Source: Betaproteobacteria bacterium
Lineage (GTDB): Bacteria; Pseudomonadota; Gammaproteobacteria; Burkholderiales; Casimicrobiaceae
Direction: 5' to 3'
NCBI GenBank assembly: GCA_039932755.1
Contig: JBDTPJ010000004.1
Location: 1,072 to 65,071 of the forward strand
DNA: 64,000 bases
Under the pieces are notes generated by a model. It saw only the letters and a list, made by a program, of their open reading frames with translations. It did not search any database and was not told the DNA's origin. Both the position numbers and the translations under genes were made by a program. This document shows positions 32,242 to 42,937 of the stretch, piece by piece (position 1 is the first letter of the stretch; the number at the start of each line of letters is the position of its first letter).

Positions 32242-34047
32242 CTAAGGAATTCCCGCCTTGCGAAGGCCGGCAAGGAGGTTGCGTTCCACTTGCGCAATAA
32301 AGGCGGAATTATCCGAATAGTAGAATTTCTTGTACTCGGCGACCGAAGCGCTAGGCCGCAGTTCAAGCAGCGTTTCGCGTTCGGATGCCGCCTTGGCCGC
32401 GTCACCTTTGAGCGCGTAACCCGCCGCGAGATAGAGATGCGGCAGCCACCAATCGTCCGTTCCGACGTTTCGCTCACAGGCCAGGATCGACTCGTCGTAA
32501 CGCCCGAGGGCCATGTAGGCATGGCATTGTTGAAGCATCAGCCATCCCCGCATTTCCTGGCTCGGCGGGTCTAGCGCCAGTCCTCGCTCGACGAGGCGCA
32601 GAGTCTCCTGCGGTTGTCCGGTACGATTCAAGAGTTCAGCACCCAAATCGGTTCTATAGTCATCTATCCCGCCTAATTTCTCCGCGTTGGCGAGGGCTTC
32701 GAACGCGGCATCCCAGCGCCGCAGACGGATGAGCACATCGGCTCGCGTTTCCCACACCGTCCGGCTGGTAGTGGCGAGATTGACCGCACGAATCGACAAC
32801 TCATCCATTTCCCGGAGTGCCTTCTTCGCGTCGACCGCGGGATCGAACAGCAGTTCGTAGCCCAACGCCGCGACCTGGCCAACGAGGGCGGGCAGGTATT
32901 GAGGGTCGATGCGCAGCGCCTTGTCATACCACTTCTGCGCATCGCGCGAACCAACGACCGAGGTGTTGTTCCGAGCCCAAACTGCGCCGGCATGAAGAAC
33001 GAGTTCAATCGGACTTGCATTCGAGGCGGGCGTGCCCGCGTAGCGCTGACTGTTTGCGCTGGCGATTTCCGCTGCCAGTCGGTCGGCCAGCCTGCGAACC
33101 AGCTGCGCCTGATTCTGCGTGGCGCTTGACTCCTGGGATGCCACTCGACCCGTCCACAACTGCCGCGCACCCGATGTCTCCACGAGCTGCGCGGTAATCT
33201 CGACCTGCCCCAATGGGCGTCGAATCTCGCCCATCACCAGATAAGTTGCATTCAGTTCGCGACCCATTCTGCGTGGATCAAGATGGTTGACCTGTTGCGA
33301 CGTCACCAGGGCGTGTGGGACAACTTCCGTCAGTGACATCCGCTGTGCAAGTGCTGATGTCAGGTCTTGTGTAAGCGCTTCGGCAATCTGTGCGTCAACT
33401 TCGGCATTTCCCGTCACCTTGAACGGAATCACGGCGACCGCCGGGCGCGGGAAATTCGCTTGCGTGGGATTCAATATCGGCAGCAACACCCACGTCGCGA
33501 TCCCCGCGAGTCCGAGTGCAAGCGCGCCCGCGGCCACCCAACGCCAACGCGAACCTCGAGCGCGTTGGGTCAAGCGCGCTCCCGGAACCAGCGCGGACGC
33601 CGAAGGCCTGACTTCGCGTTCAATCAGTTGCCGTGCGCGCTCGGCAAACGCTTCCACGGACACGCCCGCGTCCAGGCGCGTCCACTGCACGTCCCGGAAC
33701 TTCTCGGGAACTCGGGCATTCGCATCGCCGATGGCGTCAATGACAACCGGCAGCAGAAACTCCTTGTCGTCGACCATCAGGTGCGAACGGTCAACCGCGA
33801 GTTTCCACTCCAAACGGAAGTAACCCTCCTCGCGCGCCTGCGTATTGGCCGAGATGATCGGCACGAACAGCGCGCACTCCTTGATTTGCTTTCGGATCGA
33901 GGCATCCCATGCCTCCCCGCCACGGAGTTTGCTTTGGTCGAACCACACATCGAGCCCCGCCGCGCGCAGCGCGTCGCAAATGCGTCGGGCGACCTCCGCG
34001 TCCTGCGAGGCGTAACTAAGGAAAACCGCTTGTGTCGAGGTGTTCAT
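32242..34047 (-). CDS. TIR-domain membrane protein with TolB-N-like and TPR regions
   Basis: VFLSYASQD, VWFDQ..LRGGEAW, YFRLEW (TIR); TM WRWVAAGALALGLAGIATWVLL; AVAVIPF..QLW (TolB-like); TPR-like helices. Confidence 0.88.
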   Translation of the reverse strand: MNTSTQAVFLSYASQDAEVARRICDALRAAGLDVWFDQSKLRGGEAWDASIRKQIKECALFVPIISANTQAREEGYFRLEWKLAVDRSHLMVDDKEFLLPVVIDAIGDANARVPEKFRDVQWTRLDAGVSVEAFAERARQLIEREVRPSASALVPGARLTQRARGSRWRWVAAGALALGLAGIATWVLLPILNPTQANFPRPAVAVIPFKVTGNAEVDAQIAEALTQDLTSALAQRMSLTEVVPHALVTSQQVNHLDPRRMGRELNATYLVMGEIRRPLGQVEITAQLVETSGARQLWTGRVASQESSATQNQAQLVRRLADRLAAEIASANSQRYAGTPASNASPIELVLHAGAVWARNNTSVVGSRDAQKWYDKALRIDPQYLPALVGQVAALGYELLFDPAVDAKKALREMDELSIRAVNLATTSRTVWETRADVLIRLRRWDAAFEALANAEKLGGIDDYRTDLGAELLNRTGQPQETLRLVERGLALDPPSQEMRGWLMLQQCHAYMALGRYDESILACERNVGTDDWWLPHLYLAAGYALKGDAAKAASERETLLELRPSASVAEYKKFYYSDNSAFIAQVERNLLAGLRKAGIP

Positions 34048-34316
34048 GGAGTACAGCCAGGATCGAGCCCGTTACTCAATGTGCACCTTATTCATCTGCC
34101 TCAGCGAGAGGGCCTCATCGATTTTCACCCCGTTCCCCCGAAACGCGCAATCATTGGGGCAGGATTCGACCGGTCGAGCGACCGTTGTCTCGGGCGGCCA
34201 AGGTGTGTCGTGGTAGGCGCATGATGAATGCCAGAGTGCGTCAGCGGCCCACTTGATCGCACTTCAACGTCCTGAATTGGACGATTTCGTATGGTGTACG
34301 ACGGAAGGAGCCACTG

Positions 34317-34889
34317 ATGGAAAAAACTGACACGCGGCTGTTGGAGGAGTGGAGAGCCAATTTGGATCTGCTGAAGTTCTACGAGTCCCTTAAACAGCAG
34401 AGGTTCGCGCATTTCCTGACCATTCAAACGGCGTTTTTGGCGATCTTTGGCTTGCTCGCAAAGGAAGCCATTGGAGTCTTCTCCCTTGTAGCGATGGCTA
34501 CGCTCGCCGTGGTCCCGATTCCGCCCCTATTCATCGCGTACTATTTCATGCGCCTGGACGCGCGCGGCCGGGCATTTGTCGACACGGCCAATACCAGGCT
34601 GCTTCTGATCGAAGACGAGTGGAAGACACTCTTTCCTAACAACCACTTCTCGACATATCAACAGCAATTCGCGGTACTTTCTCGCCGCGATGACCATTTC
34701 GCCGACAAGTACCTGGCTATCCGCAATCTAGCCGACGACCCATACAGGGCGTTGATCAAAGCGCCCTCCGCGCATGCCTCCGAGGCAGCGATCCTCCGGC
34801 TGTTCTTATGGGTGTGGGTGATTGTCTTCAGCTTCTCGTTCTTGCATCTACTATGGCATCTGGCTCATCCGGATTGGCGACCAGGTTAA
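34317..34889 (+). CDS. Hypothetical membrane protein (about 3 TM)
   Basis: RBS AAGGAG; two N-terminal hydrophobic helices and one C-terminal; AT-richer than the flanks. Confidence 0.75.
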   Translation: MEKTDTRLLEEWRANLDLLKFYESLKQQRFAHFLTIQTAFLAIFGLLAKEAIGVFSLVAMATLAVVPIPPLFIAYYFMRLDARGRAFVDTANTRLLLIEDEWKTLFPNNHFSTYQQQFAVLSRRDDHFADKYLAIRNLADDPYRALIKAPSAHASEAAILRLFLWVWVIVFSFSFLHLLWHLAHPDWRPG

Positions 34890-35096
34890 GTTCTCCCGTA
34901 GGCCGACGTCTATAAATCGCAAAAGGTCCTTGCCATGGCGATCGAATCTGGCTCTCGCGTTTCACGGATCAGCCGGACAACGAGCCGGCATTCGACGCCG
35001 ACCCGTATGGCAAGTTTGCGCAACTAATGCGCGAGCGCGAAGTGATGGATACCGCGATCCGGGCGTGGACAGGCCAGGTCACGCCGGAATGGCTCG

Positions 35097-36035
35097 TCAG
35101 TCCTGTTTCTTTTTCCGTGCGCGCGGATGGGCCGCGTCGTAGACCTTGGCCAGCGCCTGGAAATCGAGATGCGTGTACACCTGCGTGCTGGCAATCGACG
35201 CATGGCCGAGCATTTCCTGCACGGCGCGCAGGTCGCCGGAGGACTGCAACACATGCGATGCGAAGGAGTGCCGCAACATATGCGGATGCACGTGGCGGTT
35301 GATGCCGCGCGCAATCGCCAGTGCTGCCAGTCGTCGTTGGATCTGGCGTGGCGCGATGCGCTTGCCGTTGACACCGACGAATAGCGCCGTTTCATCCACG
35401 CCGGGAATCGCCGCACGTTCCGCCAGCCACAGCGTCAGCGCTGCCCGCGCCGCCGCGCCCACCGGGACGACGCGCTCCTTGGCGCCTTTGCCCCACACGC
35501 GTACTTCGCCGGTCGCGAGATCGACGCGGTCGACATCGAGGCTTGTCAGCTCGGACAAGCGCAGCCCGGACGAATAGGCGAGCTCGAACAGCGCGTGATC
35601 GCGCTTGCCGATGGCATCAACGCCTTCGCCTTCCACCAACTGCACGGCTTCGTCGGGCGTCAGCGCAGATGGAAGCTTTTTCGGCGACTTGGGCGCCTTC
35701 AGGCCGATGCTCGGATCGTCGCGGTAGGCGCCGTCGCGATGACGATCCGCGAGGAACCGGTGAAACGCACGCCACGCAGAGAGCAATCGCGCGAGGCTGC
35801 GCCCGCCAAGTCCGCGTCCATGTAGTGTTGCCAGAAACCGCGCGAGTTGCGCGCGCGAAAGCGAAGGCAGCGGCGTGTCGCCGGCCAGCGCTACCAGAAG
35901 ATTGAGATCGCGCAGGTACGCGTTGCGCGTGTGCTCGGGACGCGTGGCCAGATGCGTCGCGAACGCGGCGACAAACGCTGCATTGGGGCCGCCAGCGACG
36001 GTCGTTTCGGGCGCGGCGGCGGGTCGCGTCGACAT
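35097..36035 (-). CDS. xerC: Tyrosine recombinase XerC
   Basis: YSSGLRLSEL, GKG.KERVVP, HPHMLRHSFASH, QEMLGH, TQVYTH; dapF-yigA-xerC synteny. Confidence 0.95.
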   Translation of the reverse strand: MSTRPAAAPETTVAGGPNAAFVAAFATHLATRPEHTRNAYLRDLNLLVALAGDTPLPSLSRAQLARFLATLHGRGLGGRSLARLLSAWRAFHRFLADRHRDGAYRDDPSIGLKAPKSPKKLPSALTPDEAVQLVEGEGVDAIGKRDHALFELAYSSGLRLSELTSLDVDRVDLATGEVRVWGKGAKERVVPVGAAARAALTLWLAERAAIPGVDETALFVGVNGKRIAPRQIQRRLAALAIARGINRHVHPHMLRHSFASHVLQSSGDLRAVQEMLGHASIASTQVYTHLDFQALAKVYDAAHPRARKKKQD

Positions 36036-36057
36036 GGAAAGTCGCGACCCTCTTGGT

Positions 36058-36711
36058 TCAGGTTGGCGGAAGGAAGCGAGCGGTGGCCACGCTTGCCAGT
36101 TCCGAGAGGCGCGTCTGGTAGAGCGTGCCCATGCCGGGATGGAAGCGTTGTCCGTCCGGACTGCCGAGCGCGAGCAGGCCAAAGGTCTGCGCCATGCGCA
36201 TGGGCATGAACGCAAACGACTGGAGCGAATCACCGTCGTCGAACCACTCGCGCGATTCGAAGGGCGCCACGGCGCCGCAGTACGGCTGGCCCAGCTGGTC
36301 CGCATATTCACGGATTTCCGAGGACGTGGCCGCGAGCTCCGGCAGATAACTTTGCTCGGGAACCTTGCCCCACATCCGCGCCGCAACCTGGGGCACGGCG
36401 AAGTCTTCCTTGAGACTGTGGTAGAGAACCGCGAGCGTGGTCTCCAGGTCAGGCGCCGCAAACAGCGCCAACGTCGAGCGATGCAACTTCTCGCCGATTT
36501 GGTCGTTCTGCGTGCCGTACGCAACAAGCTCGCGGAACCTGGCCTCGAGATCGTTGTTCTTTTCGCGCAGTGTGAGGATCTGCCGTTCGGCGATCGGGAT
36601 GGCGTGGCCGCCGTGCGGATGGGGCACGAAGATCTCGGCGATGACGTCCGCATAGTCCTCGAAGAACTTCGGGTTCTTCTTCAAATAATCGGCGACATCA
36701 TTTGCGTTCAT
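36058..36711 (-). CDS. DUF484/YigA family protein
   Basis: VADYL..NP.FF, PHPHGG, ERQ..LR, LALGS.D..RF..GMGTLY; start could be 36741. Confidence 0.9.
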   Translation of the reverse strand: MNANDVADYLKKNPKFFEDYADVIAEIFVPHPHGGHAIPIAERQILTLREKNNDLEARFRELVAYGTQNDQIGEKLHRSTLALFAAPDLETTLAVLYHSLKEDFAVPQVAARMWGKVPEQSYLPELAATSSEIREYADQLGQPYCGAVAPFESREWFDDGDSLQSFAFMPMRMAQTFGLLALGSPDGQRFHPGMGTLYQTRLSELASVATARFLPPT

Positions 36712-36809
36712 TGCATTTCCATCCATTGCCTTTGCTTCCATCCCGCATGCGCGTGTTTAACGATTTCGAATTAATCCTGGCTGCAGCGTTGCCCCGTGGC
36801 CGCGTGTCG

Positions 36810-37640
36810 CTACAGGGTCCACGTTCCCTCGAACACCGTTGCCGCCGCGCCGGTCATTTCAACCGATTGGCCCGCGCCGGCCCAGGTAATCATCAGTTCG
36901 CCGCCCCGCACGATCACGCGCACGGGCGAATCGAGCAGGCCACGCCTGACTCCTGCGACTACCGCGGCACAAGCGCCCGTTCCGCACGCCAGCGTCTCAC
37001 CGGCTCCGCGTTCCCAGACACGCAGCCGAATGGTAGCGCGATCGACGACCTGCATGTAGCCCGCGTTGACGCGCTGGGGGAAGCGGAAATGGTTCTCGAT
37101 CCGTGGCCCCTGCGTTGCCACGGGTGCGACATCCACGTCGGGGACCAGCTGGACCGCATGTGGATTGCCCATCGACAGTGCCGAGATCTGCACCTGCGCG
37201 CCGTCCACATCGAGCACTTCTTCGATCGCACCCGTGCCGCCGGTAAAGGGTACGGCGCCGGGTGTGAAGCGCGGCACACCCATGTCCACCGTAACTTGCC
37301 CGTCGGCCTCGAGCCGAGGCACGATAAGTCCACCTGCGGTTTCAACACGCAATTCGGTCTTGGTCGTCAGTCCCTGGTCGCGCACAAAGACAACAAGACA
37401 GCGCGCGCCATTACCGCACTGCTCGACCTCGCCACCGTCCGCATTGAATATCCGGTAGCGAAAATCCGCGTCGCCAGTCGGCCCGTCGACCAGCAGCACC
37501 TGATCGCAGCCCACGCCAAAGCGCCGGTCCGCCAACAGGCGTATCTGCGCTGGCAAAAGTTCAACGCGCTGGCGAATTCCATCCAGCACGACAAAGTCAT
37601 TGCCCAGCCCCTGCATCTTGGTGAACTTGAGCGTGGTCAT
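36810..37640 (-). CDS. dapF: Diaminopimelate epimerase
   Basis: [38 protein letters not shown]. Confidence 0.98.
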   Translation of the reverse strand: MTTLKFTKMQGLGNDFVVLDGIRQRVELLPAQIRLLADRRFGVGCDQVLLVDGPTGDADFRYRIFNADGGEVEQCGNGARCLVVFVRDQGLTTKTELRVETAGGLIVPRLEADGQVTVDMGVPRFTPGAVPFTGGTGAIEEVLDVDGAQVQISALSMGNPHAVQLVPDVDVAPVATQGPRIENHFRFPQRVNAGYMQVVDRATIRLRVWERGAGETLACGTGACAAVVAGVRRGLLDSPVRVIVRGGELMITWAGAGQSVEMTGAAATVFEGTWTL

Positions 37641-38131
37641 CGGCCGGTCGGTGCCTGACCGCCAATGCGAAACTCGCCGTTACGCGAAAACGGGATCGGC
37701 AGGCCGCCCTCGAGCGTCGCGGTACCGACGACCGCATAGCGCACCATTGTCGCTTGTCCTGTGCCCCTTTGCTCCTGCGCCCTCTGCGTGATTTCCGCGC
37801 CAACGCGCAACACGGCGGCCAAGCCAGCGCGCGCCTGCAGCGTGGCGAGCGCGTCGCCGTTGGCCGGCAGCCGCAGAGGAGACCTGAGCGTCGCGATTCC
37901 CACCGGCACCTCCTCGATCGTGACGCTGGCGTCGATGGCGTCGACCGCGATCTCGCGCGCGTTGGGATTGGCAACGTTCAGCGTCACGACAAACGTTGCC
38001 TCGGTGCCGGTGACCCGTTCCAGGCGGACGGATTCCACGGCGACGCGCGGCGGTGCGAGGCGCGGCGCGTCGTCACAGCCCGTCAACACGGCGACGCCGA
38101 CAAGGAGGGCGAATCGCGCGATGTGCATCAT
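37637..38131 (-). CDS. LEA type 2 (WHy) lipoprotein
   Basis: Lipobox VLTGC, NPN motif, beta-rich; stop overlaps the dapF start. Confidence 0.8.
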   Translation of the reverse strand: MMHIARFALLVGVAVLTGCDDAPRLAPPRVAVESVRLERVTGTEATFVVTLNVANPNAREIAVDAIDASVTIEEVPVGIATLRSPLRLPANGDALATLQARAGLAAVLRVGAEITQRAQEQRGTGQATMVRYAVVGTATLEGGLPIPFSRNGEFRIGGQAPTGR

Positions 38132-38133
38132 GA

Positions 38134-39225
38134 TCAGACGTTGAAGCGGAAATGCATTACGTCGCCATCCTTCACGACGTAGTCCTTGCCTTCGAGGCGC
38201 ATTTTCCCGACTTCCTTGGCCCGCTGCTCGCCCTTGCAGGCGATGAAATCATCGTAAGCGATGACCTCGGCACGAATGAAGCCTTTTTCGAAATCCGTGT
38301 GGATGACGCCGGCCGCCTGGGGTGCGGTGGCACCGACTTCTACGGTCCAGGCGCGCACTTCCTTCACGCCGGCGGTGAAATAGGTCTGCAGGCCGAGCAA
38401 CTTGTAGCCCGCGTGAATGACGCGATCGAGACCGGGCTCGGAAAGGCCGAGATCGGTCAGGAAAGCCTGGCGATCGTCGCCATCCAGGTCGGCGATTTCC
38501 GCCTCGATGGCCGCGCACACGGCGACCACCGGTGCGCCTTCCGCCTTGGCGTGGGCCTCGACCTTGGCCAGAAGCGGATTGTCGTGGAAGCCGCCTTCCG
38601 CGACGTTGGCCACATACATCGTAGGTTTCATCGTCAGAAGGAAGAACTGCCGCAAAATCAGCAGCTCGTCGGCATCGAGCCTGGCCGTGCGCGCCGGCTG
38701 GCCCTCGTTCAGAACAGCCTGCACCTTGGCCAATACCGGCACGATTTTCAGCGCTTCCTTGTCGCCGCCTCGCGCGAGCTTCTCCTGCTTGTGGACATGC
38801 TTTTCCACGGCCGCCATGTCGGCGAGTGCCAGTTCCGTGTTGATCGTCTCGATGTCGGACAGTGGGTCGATCTTGTTGGCGACGTGAATCACATTGTCGT
38901 CAACGAAGCAACGAACCACGTGCGCGATCGCGTCCGTTTCGCGGATGTTGGCGAGAAACTGGTTGCCCAGGCCTTCGCCCTTTGACGCTCCCGCCACCAG
39001 TCCCGCGATGTCGACGAACTCCACCACCGCGGGCACGATCCGCTCGGGCTTGACGATCGCCGCAAGTGCATCCATCCGAGAATCAGGAACCTCGACAATG
39101 CCGACGTTCGGTTCGATTGTGCAGAACGGATAGTTCTCGGCGGCGATGCCAGCCTTGGTCAACGCATTGAACAGCGTCGACTTGCCGACATTGGGCAATC
39201 CGACGATTCCGCACTTCAAGCTCAT
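38134..39225 (-). CDS. ychF: Redox-regulated ATPase YchF
   Basis: [41 protein letters not shown]. Confidence 0.98.
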   Translation of the reverse strand: MSLKCGIVGLPNVGKSTLFNALTKAGIAAENYPFCTIEPNVGIVEVPDSRMDALAAIVKPERIVPAVVEFVDIAGLVAGASKGEGLGNQFLANIRETDAIAHVVRCFVDDNVIHVANKIDPLSDIETINTELALADMAAVEKHVHKQEKLARGGDKEALKIVPVLAKVQAVLNEGQPARTARLDADELLILRQFFLLTMKPTMYVANVAEGGFHDNPLLAKVEAHAKAEGAPVVAVCAAIEAEIADLDGDDRQAFLTDLGLSEPGLDRVIHAGYKLLGLQTYFTAGVKEVRAWTVEVGATAPQAAGVIHTDFEKGFIRAEVIAYDDFIACKGEQRAKEVGKMRLEGKDYVVKDGDVMHFRFNV

Positions 39226-39815
39226 TTCGAATCCTTGTTCGTGGTGTGGAGCGCCATCATCGCGCCCTCCATGTCGCCTTGCGCGATTCTCGGCCATGCG
39301 TCGAGTGCGCGCCGCATCGCCTCCTCGATTTCGGCATGTTCTGCTTTGAGCGGCGGCTTCAATACATAGTCGACGACTTCCTGTCGAGTGAGTTCACTGT
39401 CGCGCGGATGGCCGATACCGATGCGCAGTCGCCAGAAGTCCGCCGAGCCCAGCTGCGCCTGGATATCGCGCAGTCCGTTATGCCCCGCATGCCCACCCCC
39501 GAATTTCATCTTGGCCTTGCCCGGCAACAAGTCGAGCTCGTCGTGCACCACCAGGACCTCGCCGGGCGCGATGCCGAAAAAATTTGCGAGTCCCGCCACC
39601 GCACGACCGGAGAGGTTCATGAAGGTCATCGGCTTGACGAGTCGCAGCGCGCCGGCCCTGGCCACGTCGCCCCCGAATTTCGCCTCGCTGGCGAACGGCG
39701 CAGATAGCCTTTCGGCCAGCAAGTCGACGAACCAGAACCCCGCGTTATGCCGCGTGCTCGCGTATTCGCGGCCTGGATTGCCGAGTCCTGCAACGAGGCG
39801 GAGGGGTGTGGTCAT
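39222..39815 (-). CDS. pth: Peptidyl-tRNA hydrolase
   Basis: [34 protein letters not shown]. Confidence 0.98.
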   Translation of the reverse strand: MTTPLRLVAGLGNPGREYASTRHNAGFWFVDLLAERLSAPFASEAKFGGDVARAGALRLVKPMTFMNLSGRAVAGLANFFGIAPGEVLVVHDELDLLPGKAKMKFGGGHAGHNGLRDIQAQLGSADFWRLRIGIGHPRDSELTRQEVVDYVLKPPLKAEHAEIEEAMRRALDAWPRIAQGDMEGAMMALHTTNKDSK

Positions 39816-39845
39816 GATCTGGCGAGGAAAGCCACTCGGCGCTGT

Positions 39846-39884
39846 GAAAATAACAAGGCCCGCTTTGTGTGCGCGGGCCCTGTT
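39846..39884 (-). terminator. Intrinsic terminator after rplY
   Basis: Minus strand AACAGGGCCCGC...GCGGGCCTTGTT followed by ATTTTC. Confidence 0.6.
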
Positions 39885-39953
39885 CTCGCTGCCGACAGTT
39901 TGCACTCAGTGTGACAACCGAGTGGTAACGGAGTGGTAACTGAGGCGTCGACC

Positions 39954-40673
39954 TTACTTCTTCTTGTCGTCTTTCTTGTCGTCCTTCTTGGCGTCTTTCT
40001 TGTCGCCGCCCTTGTCGTCGCCGGCCTTGGCATCGCCTTCCGGCACCGCCGCAGCTGCTGCCGCCGCAACGGCTGCCGCCGCGGTTTCCTCCTCCGTCTC
40101 GACCTGGGCACGCGGCACGATCGCCGCCGCAACGACCGGATCGGTCCTGCCGCGCGTGACGACGGTGACGCCGACCGGCAACTTGACCGACGAGACGTGG
40201 AGCGCATGGCCCACTTCAAGCGCGGACAGGTCCACCTCAATGAAGCCCGGGAGGTCCTTGGGCAGGCAGGTGATGTCCAGGTCCGTGGTGACGTGGCTGA
40301 TGATCGCGCTCGACACTTTCACGGCCGGCGACTCTTCGCCGTTGATGAAGTGGAGCGGGACCTTCATGTGGATTTTCTTGTTCTCTTCGACGCGCTGGAA
40401 ATCCACGTGCAGGATTTCATTGCGGAACGGATGCATCTGCACGTCGCGCAACAGCACCTTGGACGCGGCGCCGTCGAGCTTCATGGTCAGGATCGACGAA
40501 TGGAACGCCTCGCCGCGCAACGCATGGAACAGCGCGTTGTGGTCGAGTTCGATAGGGGTCGGTGCAACGGTGCCCCCGTAAACGATGCCAGGGGCCTTGC
40601 CAGCGCGACGCATACGGCGGGACGCTCCACGGCCTTCGGTATGGCGCGCAAATGCGGTGAATTCGATGTTCAT
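39954..40673 (-). CDS. rplY: 50S ribosomal protein L25 (Ctc type)
   Basis: GRGASRR.RR, PGIVYGG, Q.HP...ILHVDF, CLPKDLP; Ala- and Asp/Lys-rich tail. Confidence 0.97.
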   Translation of the reverse strand: MNIEFTAFARHTEGRGASRRMRRAGKAPGIVYGGTVAPTPIELDHNALFHALRGEAFHSSILTMKLDGAASKVLLRDVQMHPFRNEILHVDFQRVEENKKIHMKVPLHFINGEESPAVKVSSAIISHVTTDLDITCLPKDLPGFIEVDLSALEVGHALHVSSVKLPVGVTVVTRGRTDPVVAAAIVPRAQVETEEETAAAAVAAAAAAAVPEGDAKAGDDKGGDKKDAKKDDKKDDKKK

Positions 40674-40915
40674 GGACGGCTCCGGTTGTCTGCGGCCTTC
40701 CGTTGGCATTGCTCCGTCTTCATAGGAGAAATACGCCGGGTCGTCCGCCTCAAAATCGAGTGATTGGCGACTGTCGCTGGCTCGGCACGGATCAAGCCTA
40801 GGCCGGCAGCGGGAAAGCCTTGAATTATAACCCGATTTCGCCCGCATTGCCAACGGGGCGGTCCGGACCCCCTCTCGCCGAGTGAGGCCCCGCTCAGTCC
40901 GTGCTCAGGCCGCTC

Positions 40916-41866
40916 TCAATCCGTAAACAGCGAGCTGACCGATTCCTCATTGGAAATGCGGGTCATCGTCTCGGCGAGCAACTGGGCGCACGAGAGTTGG
41001 CGGATGCGCGGGCAGAGTTCGGCCTCAGCGGTCAGGGGGATCGTATCGGTGACCACCACCTCATCCAGATCCGACCCCGCAATGCGCTCGACGGCGCCGC
41101 CGGACAACACGGGATGGGTGCAATACGCCACGACCTTGCGCGCGCCGCGTTCCTTCAGCGCAGACGCCGCCTTGCATAGCGTATTGGCGGTGTCGGCCAG
41201 GTCATCCATGATCACGCAGCAGCGGCCCTCGACGTCACCGATGATGTTCATCACTTCGGATACGTTGGCCTTCGGGCGTCGCTTGTCGATGATCGCGAGG
41301 TCGGAATCGAGCCGCTTGGCGATCGCGCGCGCGCGAACCACGCCGCCCACGTCCGGCGACACGACGATCAGGTCTTCGTAATTGCGCTTCCACAGGTCGC
41401 CCAGGAGTATGGGCGTGGCGTAGATGTTGTCGACCGGAATGTTGAAGAATCCCTGGATCTGGTCGGCGTGCAGGTCCATCACCATCACCCGGTTGACGCC
41501 AACCGTCGAAAGCATGTCGGCCACGACCTTGGCCGTGATGGCCACCCGCGCGGAGCGCGGACGCCGGTCCTGTCGCGCATAGCCAAAGTAGGGGATAGCC
41601 GCGGTGATGCGCGCGGCCGAAGCGCGTTTCAAAGCATCGACCATCACCATGATTTCCATCAGGTTGTCGTTGGTCGGCGCGCAAGTGGACTGCAGTACGA
41701 ACACATCGCGTCCGCGCACGTTTTCCATCAGCTCGACCATGACTTCGCCATCGGAGAAGCGGCCGACCTGGCAGCGGCCGAGGCTTACGTTCAGGTGCTT
41801 GCACACGGCCGCCGCCAGCTTGGGATTGGCGTTTCCGGTGAAGATGCGCATGCGTTCAAAGGCCAT
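40916..41866 (-). CDS. prs: Ribose-phosphate pyrophosphokinase
   Basis: [27 protein letters not shown]. Confidence 0.98.
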   Translation of the reverse strand: MAFERMRIFTGNANPKLAAAVCKHLNVSLGRCQVGRFSDGEVMVELMENVRGRDVFVLQSTCAPTNDNLMEIMVMVDALKRASAARITAAIPYFGYARQDRRPRSARVAITAKVVADMLSTVGVNRVMVMDLHADQIQGFFNIPVDNIYATPILLGDLWKRNYEDLIVVSPDVGGVVRARAIAKRLDSDLAIIDKRRPKANVSEVMNIIGDVEGRCCVIMDDLADTANTLCKAASALKERGARKVVAYCTHPVLSGGAVERIAGSDLDEVVVTDTIPLTAEAELCPRIRQLSCAQLLAETMTRISNEESVSSLFTD

Positions 41867-41915
41867 GGCTGCAATTGTCCCTCATTGGCCCTCGTTAGTG
41901 ATGCCAGCGGCCGAC

Positions 41916-41959
41916 AAAAAGCAAAACAGGCAGGACCCTCGCGCGAGGATGCTGCCTGT
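41916..41959 (-). terminator. Hairpin plus U-tract after tRNA-Gln
   Basis: Minus strand ACAGGCAG..CCTCGCGCGAGG..CTGCCTGT then TTTGCTTTTT. Confidence 0.7.
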
Positions 41960-41967
41960 CCTAACCT

Positions 41968-42042
41968 TGGCTGGGGAGGTAGGGATCGAACCTACGAATG
42001 CCGGAATCAAAATCCGGTGCCTTACCACTTGGCGACTCCCCA
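41968..42042 (-). tRNA. tRNA-Gln(UUG)
   Basis: TGGGGAG...CCGGATTTTGATTCCGG...GTTCGATCC...CTCCCCAGCCA; usual ispE-tRNA-prs location. Confidence 0.97.
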
Positions 42043-42079
42043 GCGGAAACCTGAATTGGCGTAGCAACTGCAACTTCAA

Positions 42080-42916
42080 TCATGCGAACGCTACCAGCGG
42101 ATGGCGCGAAAGTGTCCGGGCAACACATCCACGGATGGACGGCGGCAGGAGCGCCAATGCGTCATGCGCGTCACGTTCGTCGGAAAACGCAGCGAACACG
42201 CACGCCCCCGACCCGGTCATGCGCGCCTGCGGCGATGCGCGCGACAACGCTTCAATCGTTGCGGCCACGGCGGGATAGCGGGATGCCGTGACGCCCGCGA
42301 GATCATTCCGGCCATAACCCTCGGAAAAGACGTTTATTTTCGCTTGCGGAGTGTCCCGTGTCAATTCCGGTGCGCTGAAGATGTCGACGGTCGGCACGGC
42401 AACGGGCGGGAACGCGAGCGCCACGAAATATCGCGGCAGCGACACCGGGCGGAGCATTTCCCCGATGCCGCGCGCGACCGCATTTTCGCCCGCGACAAAA
42501 AGAGGAACGTCCGCACCAAGGCCGGACGCCAATTCCAGCAATTCCGCGCGCGGCAACTTGAGCTCCCAAAGGCGATTGAGCGCGAGCAAAACACTCGCCG
42601 CATCGGAGCTTCCACCGCCCAAGCCGCTGCCCAAAGGGATGCGCTTGTCGAGAACGACGTCCACGCCGAAGCGCGATGCCGTAGCGGCTTGCAGCGCCTG
42701 CGCCGCACGCACCGCGAGATCGTGTTCCTCCGGCACGCCCGCGACATCGCGTTCCCGCCGTATCACGCCATCATCACGCCGCGTGAGCGTCAACGTGTCG
42801 GCCAGGTCGATGAGGACCATCAGCGACTCCAGCGTGTGGTAGCCGTCCGCGCGGCGTCCGGTGACGTGCAGGAACAGATTGAGCTTTGCTGGTGCGGGAA
42901 CGATCAGCGTGGTCAT
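42080..42916 (-). CDS. ispE: 4-diphosphocytidyl-2-C-methyl-D-erythritol kinase
   Basis: APAKLNLFL, GYH, GLGGGSSDAA, GADVP, MTGSG. Confidence 0.97.
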   Translation of the reverse strand: MTTLIVPAPAKLNLFLHVTGRRADGYHTLESLMVLIDLADTLTLTRRDDGVIRRERDVAGVPEEHDLAVRAAQALQAATASRFGVDVVLDKRIPLGSGLGGGSSDAASVLLALNRLWELKLPRAELLELASGLGADVPLFVAGENAVARGIGEMLRPVSLPRYFVALAFPPVAVPTVDIFSAPELTRDTPQAKINVFSEGYGRNDLAGVTASRYPAVAATIEALSRASPQARMTGSGACVFAAFSDERDAHDALALLPPSIRGCVARTLSRHPLVAFA

Positions 42917-42937
42917 GGCTTGGCCGTCGTGCCGCAA

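Noticed and set aside
35097-36035. Tyrosine recombinase as an island integrase for the TIR locus
   Set aside because: dapF-yigA-xerC context marks it as housekeeping XerC; no att repeats or dif site seen
35097-36653. 518-aa ORF suggesting an N-terminally extended XerC
   Set aside because: The extension is an alternative frame over DUF484; XerC similarity starts near the ATG at 36035
39920-39941. Tandem GAGTGGTAAC x2, plus low-complexity repeats in the rplY tail and amtB N-terminus
   Set aside because: Too short or coding low-complexity; not CRISPR-like
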